IMG/VR virus record: IMGVR_UViG_3300017766_000730
Coordinates: 1-36,092 of that record
Direction: 5' to 3' (one strand)
DNA: 36,092 nucleotides
DNA from: a virus
Taxonomy: Duplodnaviria; Caudoviricetes
Both the position numbers and the translations under genes were made by a program. The notes under the pieces were generated by a model. That model ran no database searches. It was not told the DNA's origin and saw nothing but the letters and a program-made list of their open reading frames with translations. Shown in pieces: positions 35,326 through 36,092 of this stretch (position 1 is the first letter of the stretch; each line of letters starts with the position of its first letter).

Positions 35326-35366
35326 AATTCCCTTCATCAATTAATTTAAAAGTACAGCTAAGAAAG

Positions 35367-35395
35367 ACTTTAAAGACCTAATTTGTAAAAGTAAA
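35367..35395 (-). promoter_or_regulatory. Early promoter P1 (leftward)
   Basis: Minus strand TTTACT, 17 bp spacer, TAAAGT. Confidence 0.65.
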
Positions 35396-35425
35396 GCATT
35401 TTTTAAAAATATTTTTAAATATTTA

Positions 35426-35455
35426 TTTACTTTATCGTAAAATTACGGCTAAACT
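35426..35455 (+). promoter_or_regulatory. Rightward promoter for cro/replication, with palindrome in the spacer
   Basis: TTTACT, 18 bp spacer, TAAACT; CGTAA-AA-TTACG inverted repeat at 35436-35447. Confidence 0.55.
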
Positions 35456-35483
35456 ATCGTGGAATCGTAAAAAAGGAGGTTTT

Positions 35484-35681
35484 ATGGGTATTTTTGACTT
35501 AATCAGGCTAGAGTTCGGCTCTTTAAAGGGCTTTGCAAGGGCTTTGGGCGTTACTTCTACCAGCGTTTATAGGTGGCAAAAAGAGGGCTTTCCACTCGGT
35601 AAATTAAAGAAAATAGAGGAAATTACAGAAGGTAAACTAACTAGGCAAATGCTTAGACCCGACCTTTTTAAAGGGGAATAA
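35484..35681 (+). CDS. cro: Cro-like HTH regulator
   Basis: FGSLKGFARALGVTSTSVYRW...LRPDLF; AAGGAGG RBS. Confidence 0.85.
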   Translation: MGIFDLIRLEFGSLKGFARALGVTSTSVYRWQKEGFPLGKLKKIEEITEGKLTRQMLRPDLFKGE

Positions 35682-36092
35682 ATGCACTATTATCAGCACA
35701 ACATAGCGGATTACAGGAAAGATACTTCCCATCTGAGTTTGTTGGAACACGGCATTTATCGCCAGTTATTAGACAGCTATTATCTTGATGAAAAGCCGCT
35801 TTCTAATGACCTTGCAAAACTTATGCGGTCGCATAGCGTTCGGAGTGCGGAAGAAATAGATGCGCTTAAAAATGTGCTTTCTGACTTCTTTGAATTGACT
35901 GAAGATGGTTATATTCATAAGCGTTGTGAGGACACAATCCTTAAATATCATGGCAAGTCAGATAAGGCTAGAGCCTCGGCTATGGCTCGTTGGGGCGATA
36001 AAAAGAAGGGTAAAGATGCGTTCGCATTAGAAGCGCATAGCGAAGGTATTGCTAACCATAAACCAATAACCAATAACCATAAACCAATAAAA
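35682..36092 (+). CDS. DUF1376/YdaU-family replication initiator, N-terminal part (runs off the window end; not in ORF track)
   Basis: MHYYQHNIADYRKDTSHLSLLEHGIYRQLLDSYYLDEKP...FFELTEDGYIHKRC; 137 open codons to the end. Confidence 0.9.
   Translation, partial: MHYYQHNIADYRKDTSHLSLLEHGIYRQLLDSYYLDEKPLSNDLAKLMRSHSVRSAEEIDALKNVLSDFFELTEDGYIHKRCEDTILKYHGKSDKARASAMARWGDKKKGKDAFALEAHSEGIANHKPITNNHKPIK
36054..36088 (+). repeat. Five tandem 7-mers AACCA(TA/AT) inside the initiator gene; probable origin region
   Basis: AACCATA-AACCAAT-AACCAAT-AACCATA-AACCAAT; nearby inverted repeat ATGCG-TT-CGCAT at about 36016. Confidence 0.65.

Larger units (their letters stand above)
33577..35339 (-). repeat. Four dispersed copies of leader motif TGATGAA(A/G)GGAATT
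   Basis: Copies at 33577-33590, 33785-33798, 34885-34898 and 35326-35339, each 0-4 nt before a start codon. Confidence 0.85.
1..36092. mobile_element. Near-complete genome of a P22-like podovirus, apparently lytic
   Basis: terS/terL, P22-type portal, scaffold and coat, gp4/gp10-like, ejection, lysis, recombination and replication modules all present. Both ends fall within the same gene. No host genes, integrase or CI seen. Confidence 0.93.

Noticed and set aside
33577-35339. Repeated 14-nt motif as a CRISPR array or integron attC sites
   Set aside because: Too short, irregularly spaced by whole genes, contains the RBS; no cas or integrase gene.
1-36092. tRNA/ncRNA genes or an alternative genetic code
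   Set aside because: No cloverleaf in the few short intergenic gaps. Core genes are intact in the standard code.
1-36092. Specific host assignment (gene content is reminiscent of freshwater betaproteobacterial phages)
   Set aside because: Only a Gram-negative host is supported (spanins, lipoproteins). A genus call needs database comparison.

Overview
This window reads as an essentially complete ~36.1 kb genome of an AT-rich, P22-like podovirus, opened inside the replication-initiator gene. The gene's N-terminal half is at 35682-36092 and its C-terminal half at 3-365, and the join is one base out of frame. The plus strand carries, in order: Cro-like HTH and DUF1376 replication initiator; nin-like small nucleases and a 2OG-Fe(II) oxygenase; a phage GroES; a ParB / GT-A glycosyltransferase / TET-JBP dioxygenase cassette abutting terS-terL; portal, scaffold and P22-type coat; two glycine-rich tail fibres; gp4/gp10-like neck proteins; three ejection proteins; and a lysis cassette (holin-like proteins, nested Rz/Rz1 spanins, GH19 endolysin). 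The minus strand carries an early operon (DUF932, Sak-like annealase, YqaJ exonuclease, SSB-like protein, many microproteins) built from repeated promoter, leader and terminator parts. I found no integrase, CI repressor, DNA methyltransferase, tRNA or CRISPR array. Most notable: (1) a TET/JBP plus glycosyltransferase cassette with no methyltransferase, a candidate for base-J-like thymine glycosylation linked to packaging; (2) an N-terminal motif shared by the scaffold and two small upstream proteins, a candidate capsid-targeting tag; (3) an unannotated secreted 4-Cys hairpin micropeptide next to a lipoprotein; (4) strong apparent avoidance of GCWGC, GATC and CCGG. All product calls come from recognising motifs by eye; no searches or counts were run.
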